This document shows, piece by piece, positions 46,075 through 58,164 of a stretch of 64,000 bases of DNA. Under the pieces are notes generated by a model, which had not been told where the DNA came from, made no database searches, and saw only the letters and a list, made by a program, of their open reading frames with translations. The stretch comes from Sporopachydermia quercuum. Its lineage: Eukaryota. Made by a program: the position numbers and the translations under genes. The stretch's first letter is position 1, and every line of letters begins with the position of its first letter. The stretch lies in NCBI GenBank assembly GCA_001599295.1, contig BCGN01000001.1:1240001-1304000 (forward strand). Reading direction: 5' to 3'.

Positions 46075-46634
46075 ATGGAAAAGAAATCAGAAGAAGATTT
46101 ATTGGCAAGATTCTATGGATTGGTGAGTAATGCTGTCACTGTCATGAGTTTGTTAGCGACTAGATAGCAATATTTGACTCCAAAGATGGAGCAAAGCAGT
46201 TTCCTTTGGAATCGAAAAGTATATTCTAACTAAAGATTAAAGGATCCCTCGTTTGTAGCGTTATGTTACACCACTGTTTCTTTCTTAGGAGGAACAGTTG
46301 CCTCGTAAGTTGAGGTCATTGCTTGTAGTCATTTAAGGAGAATTAGAATACTAACTGTTTATCTAGTAAACGACTGAGATCTCTGCCTGTGTTTGCGGGC
46401 TCTACACTAGTCGCTGCTGCATACGCGAGAACAATTGATCTCAGCAGGAACGATATTTCACGAGCATCGAAATGGGGTCTCGTTGCTTCTACAGTATTTA
46501 CTGGAGCGGGAATTGTAGGGTCTGTTATTGGCTCATTGGGACTCACAGGAATCGTTTCAATTCGATCATATAAAATAGTAGCAATGGGTCTACCAGGAAT
46601 AGCGTATTTTTACAACTTACACACCAAACAATAA
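46075..46634 (+). CDS. Small multi-TM protein, TMEM14-like; 3 exons (46075-46122, 46243-46304, 46367-46634)
   Basis: Intron 2 (46305-46366) is canonical: GTAAGT...TACTAAC...TAG. Intron 1 (46123-46242) is GTGAGT...TTCTAAC...AAG. The joined ORF is 125 aa: ...SFLGGTVASKRLRSLPVFAGS...WGLVASTVFTGAG...GLPGIAYFY. Exon 1 is the least certain part. Confidence 0.6.
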
Positions 46635-49600
46635 AATGAGGATAAAGATTGTTGAGTGTTAGACCGTAATTTACTTGTATAGAGAATTATTTTCTTGGAA
46701 GGCGAGATCATGGAAAATAGGTTCTACAATCAATATGTTTATGAAGCTGCTCTACAGTCATATGATAAGAAGAACCATATTCTAAGAATCAAGATAAAAT
46801 GCAAAATGAGTAATAAATATTAATATAAACCATAAATAAATGAGTGGGCGAACCAAGAACAAGGCCAATCAGGTTCTACTGATAAGTGTTATGACTAGAT
46901 GCTGCATTGACCATTGAATGCAAATAGAGCTTGAAAAAACTTTTTCTTTAAAGCCGATGAATTTATGCTTTCAAAGCATGATGAGTTCTAGAAGACCATA
47001 GCTCATGATCTTTTTCTGTGTACATATGCTTTGGTATCACATGAGGAATGAATGTAGGTCTTGGTTCAGCTGTTAGCACTAGAAAATGCTTTGATGAATT
47101 TTGCTTGTCTTTTTCAATTTGTTGACTAACCATAGTTAATAATTGAATTGCTTTTGTTTCACACAATTAATTCAGTGTTATGAGTTATGAGCAAACAGTT
47201 AATNCAAATTTTTTTTTTTATGCACTATAATGCTTTGTTGTTTCTTTGTTGACTTATCTTTTGCGATATGAATGTCTATCAAGTTAATATAGTAGTTAAA
47301 AACAATTCTTATTTAGAGAATTATTACTCTTCATAAAGAAAACAACTAAACAAATATTGAAACAAAGAAGTAGTTTGGAATTGACTTTTTATTTATACTT
47401 CTTCATTAGCCCAAATCCCGAGAGATTAATTAATGTCAAATCACGAGCTGAGCGATTTCCCATACATTTACCCCAGAAAAACCGAAACAGTTAGTGACTG
47501 AACTTTGCGTACATTTTCAGGTACACATCTTGAGGACCCACACAAAATGCCGGACTAACCTTCCGTAAATTATACGGAGGTTATAATTATCCGAAGATCA
47601 TGACATGGAAAAGGAAGACTTATGACAATTGAGAAATCACTCAGGTTACCGAATTTAATATCCCTGGTATACGAATTGCTGTCACGTGAATCAATGCTCA
47701 TGACATGGGTCTTCCATTAATCTTCCCTTAGAATACAAAACCTGACATAAATATCAGATTGAGTTAATTGTAGCAATCGATAAATGGTCCATAAGTTGAA
47801 TTCATCATTTACCGGGTTCCATAAATAGCTCACCAAAAAAGAATGAAAGAAAATATTCATTTCATAGAAGTTTGATTGAGGCATTATGGGCTTTCTCACT
47901 ATCATTAAAACCAGATGTTAGGGGTGCAACCTTTTGGTAGTCACCAAATGTCCATGTCGGAAGTAAATGCCAGTGCTTACTCAACAGCTCTTTTCTCAAG
48001 GTATTCCCTAGAGATCTTACACACCATCTTTTACCCAAGGTAGAAATAGTAGATAAAAGCTATCATGAATATATAAATATTATTAGATTAAGTATTAAGA
48101 AAGTAAACCTTAGAACGAATTCTCAATGTCACCAGCGTATCTCAATTTCTTCAATTGAACTTCAGGCTCTACCAAATATGTCTGCTCATTGGCTTGACAC
48201 ATTAGAAATACTACAGATTCCATGTACAGAGTTAAAAAATAATCCATAAAATAATACTTCTATGGTCTCTTTCAGCACTTTTTTTCATCTATTAATAAAT
48301 CCAGTTATCTATCGGGTAGCTTTTACACAATACTATTGAGAATCGTTTTCATGTGAAAACCAGTCCCCATTTCAGCTTGCTACCTCGGGTTGAAACCCCA
48401 CACAAACAATGTTATGCTAATTATTAATGATTCAAATGACTGATTGCTTACTGCAAGATGTCGATAGTCGACACAATAATAGATGTTTAACATTTATTTT
48501 CTCGCTTTTTTTGAAACAAAAAATTTCTACCCTTCTATGAATTCATATCATATTCAGCAGTTTGTCCACTGTTCACTTCTACCTGCAAAATTACATACAA
48601 TCTTATCTCATTTGCTCTTCGAATTGCAATTTCTACCAGAATTCAGACAACATGAATCAACCTACATCATTAAATCCATTATGATATTACCATTTGCTCC
48701 ACATAGAGTACATTATAAACCCAAATGACCTAATAAGGATACTTTCCTTCTAATAATAGAAGGTTTTATAAACTACCAACCCTAGCGTTGAATCATCAAG
48801 AAAAAAGAGACAACTTTGATTCAATGATGCCTTAGTGCTAAGACTTTCATTAACTTAATTCCCATAATACCACATCATTCTTCATTCATTAGTTAGCAAA
48901 TAATATTTTGTTTTTCATAATAATAATTGCGTACATGCATGCTATGCTTCAGGTGGTGATGCACTTTCGTTCACAATAAATAATGTGGTTTACCCCTCAT
49001 ATCACATTCGCATATGGTGTGTGAGTTCTCGCTCTTTCGAGAACAAAAAATTCTAAAAGGCATAACACTTGTATGGAAAATGTAAATAATCAAAGATAAC
49101 AAATAGTAAGAGCATTCCTTTTCTTTCTTCTCTTTAAAAGTATTTCTTAAATCTACTCCAGTTGCTCCTTCTAGTATTTTTTGGTCATCCTTCTAGTTGC
49201 CTACATTCTCATCTCATCAATAAATAAGCTATAAACTAAAGTTCATCATAGGAAGGAAGTTTATTCTTCTGCATTTGTATGCGTATGCAAAAGAAAGCTT
49301 AACTTTATTTACTCCGTCAAAGAATCCTTAAAAAGGAACTAAAAATTCCCGTATTTGGGGTCAAGTGAAGCATTGAAACATTGTTCGGTATCTTAACAAC
49401 GGGAATATTGTGTTTGAAAATAAGTAATCTATTACACAATATAGTAGGATTGCCATTAGAACTGTTCTTTTTGATTGGTTGAGGTGAAATGGAAGAAATA
49501 ATCTGGTAAAATGACAAGAATGGTTGTATACTAAATTCAAAACCAGCGATGGACAAAGTTTGCTCGGATGAGATAATGAGCTCATTAATGATATACCTAT

Positions 49601-50022
49601 TACTAAACAAATTTATCCACTATTATGAAAGAGGATATAACAATAGTCTGACTAAATAAAGGTTCTCTTGATTCTATTAAGATTCAGGAAATAAATGGCA
49701 TAATTAATTTGTCATTTCAAATTCTAGATCTCCCTGAAATTTTCAGTTAGTTTTTACTACCCGAGACAGGAGAAGAAGCAGTTCCCGTGGCACCATAATA
49801 CCTTAATCTCTTTTAGAGAATATTCCATTAGAGTATATAAAGCGAGACCACCGCTCTTTGCTTGTATTTTTCAACGTCTTCTTCTATTGCACAGTTGTTC
49901 AACTACTATTTATCTTGTCTACACTAACCCTTCGCCAAGCACCAGATCGTATTGAAGATTGCTATACATTTACCCGTTCAGACAAGGTTCTTTACTATTA
50001 ACATAATTAATATTTATCAAAA

Positions 50023-50775
50023 ATGAATTTCAAAGTTGTTTCTTTACTGGCAGTTGCTGCTGTAATAGCAAATGCTCAAGTCGACCCTGAAGTTATCTCA
50101 AAGTATCCGGAATATATGAGTTCAATTGTCCAGTACTACTTGGCCAATCCTACTCTTTCTGTTCCTCCCGGATTATTATCTTTCTATGGTGAGCTGCAAA
50201 CTCTGACCAACAGTCAAGAGGTTGCTTCTGTATTTTCTGACGGATGGCCTGACATCTCTAGTGAATACGAATCTTTCATCACTAATTTACCATTTGGTGA
50301 AGAAGTTTCCTTCGATGATGGTGGTGAAGCAGGCGGTGAAGGTGATAGTGCTAGTGTAAGTGGAACTGAAGTTAGTGCTACTGAGACCACTGATAGTACC
50401 GGAAGCCCTAGCGGAACTGACACTGCTAGCATTACCAGTGGAAGTGAAACAGAAACTACATCTGGAGCGGTTACTACTGGAACAAGTGAGGAAAGCGAAA
50501 CTGTCACTACTGGTACAAGTGAGGAAAGTGAAACTGCCACTACTGGAACAAGTGAGGAAAGTGAATCTATCACTACTGGAACTGATGAGAGTGGATCTCC
50601 CACCACTGGCACCACTGACACCACCGAGGAAAGTGAATCTATCACTACTGGAACTGATGAGAGTGGATCTACCACCACTGGAGCCGCTGATACTGAAACT
50701 TCTGAAAACAACGCTGTTGCTACCTTGATATCTTCCAACGCCGCTTTGATTGCTGGATTCTTCCTCTTATTGTAA
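50023..50775 (+). CDS. GPI-anchored cell-wall mannoprotein, Srp1/Tip1 (TIR/DAN)-like
   Basis: Signal peptide, a short domain (YYLANPTLSVPPGLLSFY...FITNLPF), Ser/Thr/Glu-rich repeats, and a candidate omega site (SENNA) followed by a hydrophobic tail. TATATAAA is at 49834-49841. Confidence 0.8.
   Translation: MNFKVVSLLAVAAVIANAQVDPEVISKYPEYMSSIVQYYLANPTLSVPPGLLSFYGELQTLTNSQEVASVFSDGWPDISSEYESFITNLPFGEEVSFDDGGEAGGEGDSASVSGTEVSATETTDSTGSPSGTDTASITSGSETETTSGAVTTGTSEESETVTTGTSEESETATTGTSEESESITTGTDESGSPTTGTTDTTEESESITTGTDESGSTTTGAADTETSENNAVATLISSNAALIAGFFLLL
50473..50681 (+). repeat. Coding minisatellite (33-bp TTGTSEESETx units, then duplicated EESESITTGTDESGS units)
   Basis: Units start at 50473, 50506, 50539 and 50572. 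A near-identical duplication of about 56 bp is at 50554-50609 and 50626-50681. Confidence 0.9.
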
Positions 50776-51733
50776 AACAACATGGGGTCTTAGTTATCTA
50801 GAACTTGTGTCTGCTTTTTGATTGTACAACATGAAAAATTGTTTTGAAAAAGTATTTAGATAATATATATTTATCTACGTTCTGTCTGATCAATTATTTT
50901 TGACATTTTTACTATTTATAGTAACATAAATCTAGTACTAAATCTTATTACTTTACACTAATCTGTCGCATTTCGATTCTTGAATGTCAACTCAATTGCA
51001 TTTTTCTACTCTACTTTACTATAACGAATTATCTATATCCTTTCAATGGACCTGAATACCTCTAATCGAAGACTTCTAATGAACTGACTATTATTTCTTC
51101 TGCTTATTTCATCCTTGCTTTTAAATTTCCCCATTGCCTTTGCCGTACAGAGGATTAAGTTAAACTTCGAAGACTCATCATCGACTTCTGTGGAGTTTAA
51201 ATTAAACCCCACAACTACCTCACATGCTCTTGCACATTTATACAGCAACCTTTTTTGATGATTTGTAATTATTAGATAACATAATCATTTATTAACTCCT
51301 ATCTCATGCAACGAGATGGTCGGGTGTATGTTATACTACTGTACCATACAACTGACTCTGAACTCTATTCCATCACTTGGTTTATTGTATGAGAACACGA
51401 GTGGAAAAACACTCTGGTTACTCCAAGCTGCTCATAGATAACGAAGAGGAGAGGTGTGTCTGAGAAGACTTATTGCCGTTGAATTTGAAGAAAGAGTAGT
51501 ACCGCTTTATATTTTAGTATTTGGACGTACTCAGAGTATTGGATCAAGTAAACCAAGACTTGTTTGTCTATATTCTGTTGTACTAAACATATACTGTGTG
51601 TACATCGGAGATCATTCAAACACAATACAAAATCGAATCATATAGTGTCATATCGTGTCATATCGCTTTTATGTTTGTTTATTCTAGACGCTAATATTGT
51701 GACTGACGAAAGGAAAATATAATAGATTTCAAG

Positions 51734-53195
51734 ATGACGGAGAGACAGAATATGGCCAGCAAGGAGGAGATGCAAGCAGTTTTCAACAAACTGATGTCAA
51801 GTCCCGCTAATAAGGTATGCATGCTGTGAAATGGATGATAGATAGTTCATTGTATAGTAACCTCGACCATTTCGCTAACATTCTTAGGTGTGTTTTGATT
51901 GTCCTAACAAGAATCCAACTTGGACATCAGTTCCATTTGGTGTTTTCATTTGTGTGGAATGTTCATCTGTTCATAGACAACTGGGTGTTCACATTTCATT
52001 CGTGAGATCATCAAATTTAGATAACTGGTCAAGAGATCAATTAAGAGTAATGAAGCATGGCGGTAATCAGTCGGCTAGAGATTATTTCAGAAAGCATGGC
52101 GGTGCATCTTTTTTGACTGATGGCTATGATGCCAAAGAGAAGTATACTAGTAAAGTAGCATTAAATTATAAACAAGAATTACAACGAAGAGCAGCCAGAG
52201 ATGAAGTCAAGTATCCTGATGAAGTAGTGATGAATGATGATACAGATTCATCATTAGATTCATCAGCTTCTGGTGTTTCTTCTATTAACAGTTCTAAGGA
52301 TGACTTCTTCGCTAATTGGGACAAACCCATTGTCGAAAAGTCAACCCCTGTTTCTTCCAGACCAGGTACACCATCATTGAAGGATGGACTAAAAACCAGC
52401 GGTGTTAGTGAAGCTCCTGCAGTAAAACGTACTGTCAAGACAACAAGTTCTGTTCTCTCTGCTCGTTCAGGTGCTAAGAAAGGATTAGTTCTCGGCGGTG
52501 GTAAGAAGAAGTTAGCTGCCAAAAAAGTTACTACAGTTGATCCTATTGATTTTGATGAAGCTGAAAGATTAGCTAAGGAAGAAGAAAGGGAGATTGAACT
52601 TCTTGCTAGTAAGCCAAAATCCGAAAGCCGAAAATCTTCTGTGGCATCGTCTTTTGGTTCCAGCTCAGTCACATCATCTGCATATAAGAAGCCTGAGCCT
52701 ATGGCCTCGTCTGCTTATGAATATAAAGAGTCGGTTGAATCAGTAACTCCCACATTTGCCAAGCTTGGGTTTGGTCAAGTTGCTGGCGCCAGTAGTGCCC
52801 CATCGTCTACTGCATCAACACCAAAGCCTTCCAAACCTTCTTACAATGAGCCTGAATCTGGTACCATTTCCTCTAAGTTTGGTAACCAAAAGGCAATTTC
52901 ATCTGATGAAGTGTTTGGCAGAAAGACGTTTGATCCCAGTTTGCAAGCTGAAGCAAAGACGCGTCTTCAAGCATTTGACGGGTCCACTTCTATTTCGTCT
53001 GCAGCTTATTTCGGAGAAGATCAAAATCAACAACAACAGCAAGGCAACTCTGATTACAGTGAATTACCTGCTTTTGCTCAGGATATTGTTGATCGATTCG
53101 GTGGTACTGCAAATGAAGATATAGCAGCACTAAAAGATGCTTTTGAGCAAGGTGCTTCGAAACTTTCTAGTCTTATGAGAGATTATCTACGTTGA
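51734..53195 (+). CDS. GLO3: ArfGAP Glo3; 2 exons (51734-51814, 51888-53195)
   Basis: Intron 51815-51887 reads GTATGC...GCTAAC...TTAG. Splicing gives ...[42 protein letters not shown], plus the Glo3 motifs KAISSD and SISSAAYFG. Confidence 0.95.
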
Positions 53196-53798
53196 TGATG
53201 ACCTTTTTTTCTCAAAACTTAATATTTCATTTGTAGGATATAAATAAACTGGTTTCTTAGAAAGGAATTTTATCTCTCTTTGTACTGTAGATTTATGGAC
53301 CGCTTCAGACATATGAATGAATGGATTGGGCAATACGTTGATAGTGAAGTATACTATCGAAAGGACTAACATGTAACAGCTCGTCCTTATAAGCAAACAC
53401 TGTTATTGTCATTAGTACTAGATATTTATGATTATTGTATTTTATGACCTATTTTCTTTTTGGATCCATAAAGCTCTCTCTCATTCCTAAAGTGATAAAT
53501 ATCGGAGATTATGATTTAGTAGCTATCCCCATCATGTCCTAATGCATAGAATTTTGTTTCACACTTCCTATACCTAATATGGGACACATTTTTATCTGAA
53601 AATGACATGATCAGTTATTTGAGTGATTTGATAAGAATGACAGACCGTTTTTCCTCAATATTTTTAGATTTGCAGGTAATTAAATATTTGCTTGGGAATT
53701 ATAGAAGTAGATTTTCAGACTTGCTCAAAAACGATTATGCGTTTGATTGATCAGTTTGAAATCTTGAAGCTGTACTTATTACTGCCACTACATAAAGG

Positions 53799-55223
53799 AT
53801 GTCTAAAGGTTCAATTGCAGTTGTTGGAGGTGGACTAGTAGGGTGCCTTGGTTCACTAGGTTTAGAAAGAAAAGGATATAAAGTAGATGTGTATGAAATG
53901 CGAGGAGATCTTAGGGATCAATCAGAGGAAAGAAATTTGAGATCAATCAATTTGGCTGTATCTGATAGAGGAATCAAAGCTTTAAAGTATGTCGATGAAG
54001 CAATGGCTGACAGAGTTCTGAAAGATGTTATTCCTATGTATGGAAGAATGATTCACGATTTGAAAGGTAACGAAGAAAGTCAAATATATGGTTTATTTGG
54101 AGAAAGCATCAATTCAATTGACCGAGCATTTCTGAATAAAGAGCTTCTAAATGAGTTAGCAAAATCAGAGAATATTACGATACATTTCCATCATAAGCTG
54201 CTGAGGTGTAACTTTGATAGTCCGAATGGTGTCGAGTTGACCTTTATTAAGACAGAAGGTGAAGGTTCAGTAACTGGAGATGAAGAGAGGATCAAATATA
54301 ATGGGTATGATTTTGTTATAGGGGCTGATGGAGCGTACTCCGTTGTTAGAAATCAGCTTCAGAGGGTTACTCGTATGAATTATCAACAGGAGTACTTAGA
54401 CCATATGTATTTGGAACTTTATATTCCACCTGGCCCACTTGATTCTAATGGTGAAGGAACTTTTCTAATTGATCCTAATCATTTACATATATGGCCGAGA
54501 CACGAGTTTATGCTGATAGCTTTGGCAAATAAGAATGGTTCTTTCACATCAACATTTTTTGCTCCTTGGAAACTAACAGAGTCATTAGACTCTCATGAAA
54601 AAGTGCTTTCTTTTTTCAAGGAAAACTTTCCTGACGCTGTTAGTCTTATTGGTGAAGATAGTCTAGTGAAGTCATTTGATGATCATCCTAAAGGCTCACT
54701 GGTTTGTATTAAATGCAAGCCATATAATTATAAAGGTAAAGCAATAATAATTGGTGATGCAGCACATTCAATGGTTCCATTCTATGGACAAGGAATGAAT
54801 TGTGGGTTTGAAGATGTGAGAATCTTGTTAGAAACTTTAGAAAAGAGAAATTTCGATCTGGAACAATCTTTCAATGAGTATACTAGCGCGAGACATGAAG
54901 ATTTAACAACTATCATTGATCTTGCTATGAACAATTATATAGAAATGAGACATTCAGTAACAGATCCTCTGTATTTAGTCAGAAAAACTGTTGATGGTGT
55001 TCTAGGTAGATTGTTCAGAGACTATTGGATTCCTATGTACACCATGATATCGTTCAGAGGTGATATACCTTATTCTAGAGCTCTGGCGTTAAAGAAACGA
55101 CAAGATCGAATTTTCTCGTATGGAATGAAGCTCGTCGGCGGAATCTCTCTTTTATGCTTGGTGCGATTTTCTAACCGTTTGAAGTTTGGTGTCGAAAACG
55201 TTCTCCACTTATTTACACGTTAG
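53799..55223 (+). CDS. BNA4: Kynurenine 3-monooxygenase
   Basis: VGGGLVG FAD fold, RSINLAVSDRG, PMYGRMIH, GADGAYS, LHIWPR, GDAAHSMVPFYGQGMNCGFED and LAMNNYIEMR. Confidence 0.96.
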   Translation: MSKGSIAVVGGGLVGCLGSLGLERKGYKVDVYEMRGDLRDQSEERNLRSINLAVSDRGIKALKYVDEAMADRVLKDVIPMYGRMIHDLKGNEESQIYGLFGESINSIDRAFLNKELLNELAKSENITIHFHHKLLRCNFDSPNGVELTFIKTEGEGSVTGDEERIKYNGYDFVIGADGAYSVVRNQLQRVTRMNYQQEYLDHMYLELYIPPGPLDSNGEGTFLIDPNHLHIWPRHEFMLIALANKNGSFTSTFFAPWKLTESLDSHEKVLSFFKENFPDAVSLIGEDSLVKSFDDHPKGSLVCIKCKPYNYKGKAIIIGDAAHSMVPFYGQGMNCGFEDVRILLETLEKRNFDLEQSFNEYTSARHEDLTTIIDLAMNNYIEMRHSVTDPLYLVRKTVDGVLGRLFRDYWIPMYTMISFRGDIPYSRALALKKRQDRIFSYGMKLVGGISLLCLVRFSNRLKFGVENVLHLFTR

Positions 55224-55849
55224 GTCGATTAACTCGCATACTAACCCCTTTGATTGATGTATATATACAACAGTAGTCCTATTGCCTATTCAAAATCAAC
55301 TTTAAGACTTCTCTTATTAGATCAATCAATCGATCATGCAATTATTCAATCAATCAATCAATCATTAGAAAGCTCATATATTCACTCTGCGTGTAATTCA
55401 TATCTTTTCCCATTTTTCCAACCTCGGCAAACAATCGTGCATTCTCATATCACGTGACTTAGTTATACCTAAAACGTCCTCCGAGTCGGCCAATAGACTG
55501 TTCGACTGTCTTTAGACTGCCCCCGTAATTCTATCCTAATTAGGCCATCCCCAACAAATAAATTGATTAGCGTTGTATGCGGTTAATCAAAAACTCATCA
55601 GTTGCTTGTCAATCTGAGTAGACGATACGTTGACTTATTTTTGTCCTATATATACGGGGAAGAGTTCAAGTGGTGAGACGTCTGTTGTAGTCTTGATTGG
55701 ATTAATCTTCATAGTTATTTCATACTTTGTTGTTGGGCAATTGAATAGATCCTATCAGTCCTATCTCAAACAGTAGTAGTATTAGTATAGATCATCTATT
55801 ACTAATAATCTGTAGTAATTGAGAGTTAGATCGTTGTAATTCAGAAACA

Positions 55850-56770
55850 ATGCTAGGAATATACAGAAGGCTTGCAAGAGGTGGTCCTCAGCTTGGTACT
55901 AAACAGCAATATCTAGTATATAGTATAGCGCTCAGCAGGAAGCCAATTAGCAATTTCACTAGGCTTCAATCCTCCTCCTCATCATCACCATCATCAACTA
56001 ATAATACTAACCAACAAGATACCGGTACTGTAAAAAAGAAGAAAGCAAAAGGAATTGTGGTTCTTGGTTTCGAACCTGAAGTTCAGGGGTTCAAGTATAG
56101 CTTTTCCCCAATTTTCAAATCTATCGTGTTTTTTGTCTTAGGATACGCCATATTCGTCAAAGATTGGCAGAGCAGAGATGATGCACATAGACCTGACAGT
56201 GAAGACAAAGAGCTAGGAGAGAAGTTAGCGCAACATCCGTTGGTAAAAGAGTTAGATTCTCATAGCAAAAAAGGCCTACTACGGAAAGTACTTCACAGCG
56301 ATGTTGTACCTGATATATTTAAACCAGATCATGTCTCAATTGGATTACTGTTTGGTCCTGGAAAGCTAACTGTTGATCCTTTGTTATATTTCCATGAAAA
56401 GGATGGTACAGCTTATGCTTTTTTCCATCTAGGTGAAGAATTATGTAATCATGACGGAACAATACATAATGGATTGTTAGCAACATTGATGGATGAAGGT
56501 CTATGTATGGCAGGTTTCCCTTTCTTGCCTAGTAGAAGAGGAGTGACTGGTAGCTTCAAAGTGGATTTTGTCGAGAAAGTGCCACCAGATACGTTTGTTC
56601 TATTAAAAGCAAAGGTTGCTTCGCATAAGGGAAGAAAAGTTGTCATTGAGGGTCATATTGAAACATTAGAGTTTGATGACAAAGTCGAGCCGACAGTTCT
56701 TGTAGCAGGATCTTGCGTTTTGATTGAACCAAAAATATTCAAGTATATCTCTTGGGCTTTACCTTTCTAA
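55850..56770 (+). CDS. Probable mitochondrial hot-dog-fold (PaaI/THEM4-like) thioesterase, Fmp10/Mrx3-like
   Basis: Arg/Ser-rich presequence and one hydrophobic segment, then FHLGEELCNHDGTIHNGLLATLMDEGL, GVTG and GRK motifs. Confidence 0.8.
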   Translation: MLGIYRRLARGGPQLGTKQQYLVYSIALSRKPISNFTRLQSSSSSSPSSTNNTNQQDTGTVKKKKAKGIVVLGFEPEVQGFKYSFSPIFKSIVFFVLGYAIFVKDWQSRDDAHRPDSEDKELGEKLAQHPLVKELDSHSKKGLLRKVLHSDVVPDIFKPDHVSIGLLFGPGKLTVDPLLYFHEKDGTAYAFFHLGEELCNHDGTIHNGLLATLMDEGLCMAGFPFLPSRRGVTGSFKVDFVEKVPPDTFVLLKAKVASHKGRKVVIEGHIETLEFDDKVEPTVLVAGSCVLIEPKIFKYISWALPF

Positions 56771-57123
56771 TTTTTCTGTTCAGTTTGATATAACTTCTCA
56801 TTATGCTGTCAATGAAACAAAGAAAAGAGAAGATAATTAGATTGATACATAGATATATAAACAGACGTTACAATTACTGATTCACCACCCATATCATAAA
56901 AGATGTTCGTATCATAACGAGCATATATTTAATAATACTAATATTTAATACTTTAAATTACAATTATTTTAATCCCTCCGGGAATGTTGCTGCAACTACA
57001 TTTGTGTCTGTATAGTCATAATCATCATATATATTCGTAATCATATTCATAAAATCATCGCAACTACTAACAAATCATAAAAAGGCTAATCATTTGAAAA
57101 AAATAAAACAATAGAACAATCAT

Positions 57124-58164
57124 TCAAGCAGCAATCTCATCACGTTTCCAACCTGTTGGATGGTGTGTCGACAAATCATTACCAGGCTGGGGTTTGCCAT
57201 TAACAATCTTCATTGCAAAAGGATTTCTATCGGTTGTCTTCAAGTTACCAAATGTATGATTCACTTCTCTATGTTTTGCTTCATCAGCTCTAATATAAAG
57301 AATTAAATCTCTCATTGTAGAGTTTTCACCCATATGCCAGTAATCCTTTGCAATATCAGGAACCTCTAACGTTTTCCACTCGGGCAATAGACCGTTATCA
57401 ATATCTTCCAAAAGACGAGTGTAAGTTAGAACAGCTTCTTCTTCTAAATATCCAACAAACCTGTGACAAGTTCTAGGACTAACTAAGTAAGAAAAGAAGA
57501 ACATATTAAAGAAAACACCTTGCCCTCCTAAAAGCATCATTCTCATGAAGAAACCAGGTTTTGCTAATTTCATGAAAACTAAAAGATGCATTCTTTCATT
57601 ATAAGCTTCCTCTAAAAGACTTTGAATCCATGCTTTATCTCTTCTCAAAAGTCTTAAAGAATGAAGATGACGAACCATGCCACCAACCATACCAGGGACA
57701 CCAGCAATAGATTCTAAGAACACAACTCTGGTCAACCATTTCTCTGGAGTCATACGATGTTGTAAACTATATTCTTTACCTTCTTCAGGGTGAATATATC
57801 CTGTGAAGTAATCAAATGTTATTCTTAACGTTCTCATCACAGTGAATGCTACCTTATCGCTAAAGCTTTCAGGTGCTCTATGAGCAAATGCAATAGTTTC
57901 CATTTGCTCTTTAGGGAAATTAGGATGTTCCCAAGCAGGTTTCGTCACATAATGATGGTCGTCTTTGTCCAATAAATTAGAAGATTTGGTATCATTTTCC
58001 GTAGCAATGGTCTTAGTAGAATTGAAATGAATTGAGGAGCCTGAGAAGCTTCTAATAGCCGTATGGTTAGCATTTAGAAGAACAGGTGCGAGTATACCGC
58101 AAGTCAAGGGAACAACCTTGGTTCTCGCGATTCTTGCGTTTGCTGTCAAGAGAAGAGTTGACAT
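57124..58164 (-). CDS. AOX1: Mitochondrial alternative oxidase
   Basis: Di-iron ligand motifs FLESIAGVPGMV, EEAYNERMHL, FVGYLEEEA and IRADEAKH, with an N-terminal presequence. Confidence 0.97.
   Translation of the reverse strand: MSTLLLTANARIARTKVVPLTCGILAPVLLNANHTAIRSFSGSSIHFNSTKTIATENDTKSSNLLDKDDHHYVTKPAWEHPNFPKEQMETIAFAHRAPESFSDKVAFTVMRTLRITFDYFTGYIHPEEGKEYSLQHRMTPEKWLTRVVFLESIAGVPGMVGGMVRHLHSLRLLRRDKAWIQSLLEEAYNERMHLLVFMKLAKPGFFMRMMLLGGQGVFFNMFFFSYLVSPRTCHRFVGYLEEEAVLTYTRLLEDIDNGLLPEWKTLEVPDIAKDYWHMGENSTMRDLILYIRADEAKHREVNHTFGNLKTTDRNPFAMKIVNGKPQPGNDLSTHHPTGWKRDEIAA

Noticed and set aside
9108..47204. Isolated 'n' bases as frameshifts or pseudogenisation
   Set aside because: They are single ambiguous positions that preserve the reading frame, probably heterozygous or low-quality calls.
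50473..50681. CRISPR-like array
   Set aside because: In-frame tandem coding repeats without unique spacers, in a eukaryotic gene.
50214..50783. 189-aa antisense and 122-aa alternate-frame ORFs over the cell-wall gene
   Set aside because: Shadows of the coding minisatellite.
57124..58164. AOX as a member of the xylose cluster (redox sink)
   Set aside because: It is 30 kb from xlnR with many unrelated genes in between, so there is no positional support.
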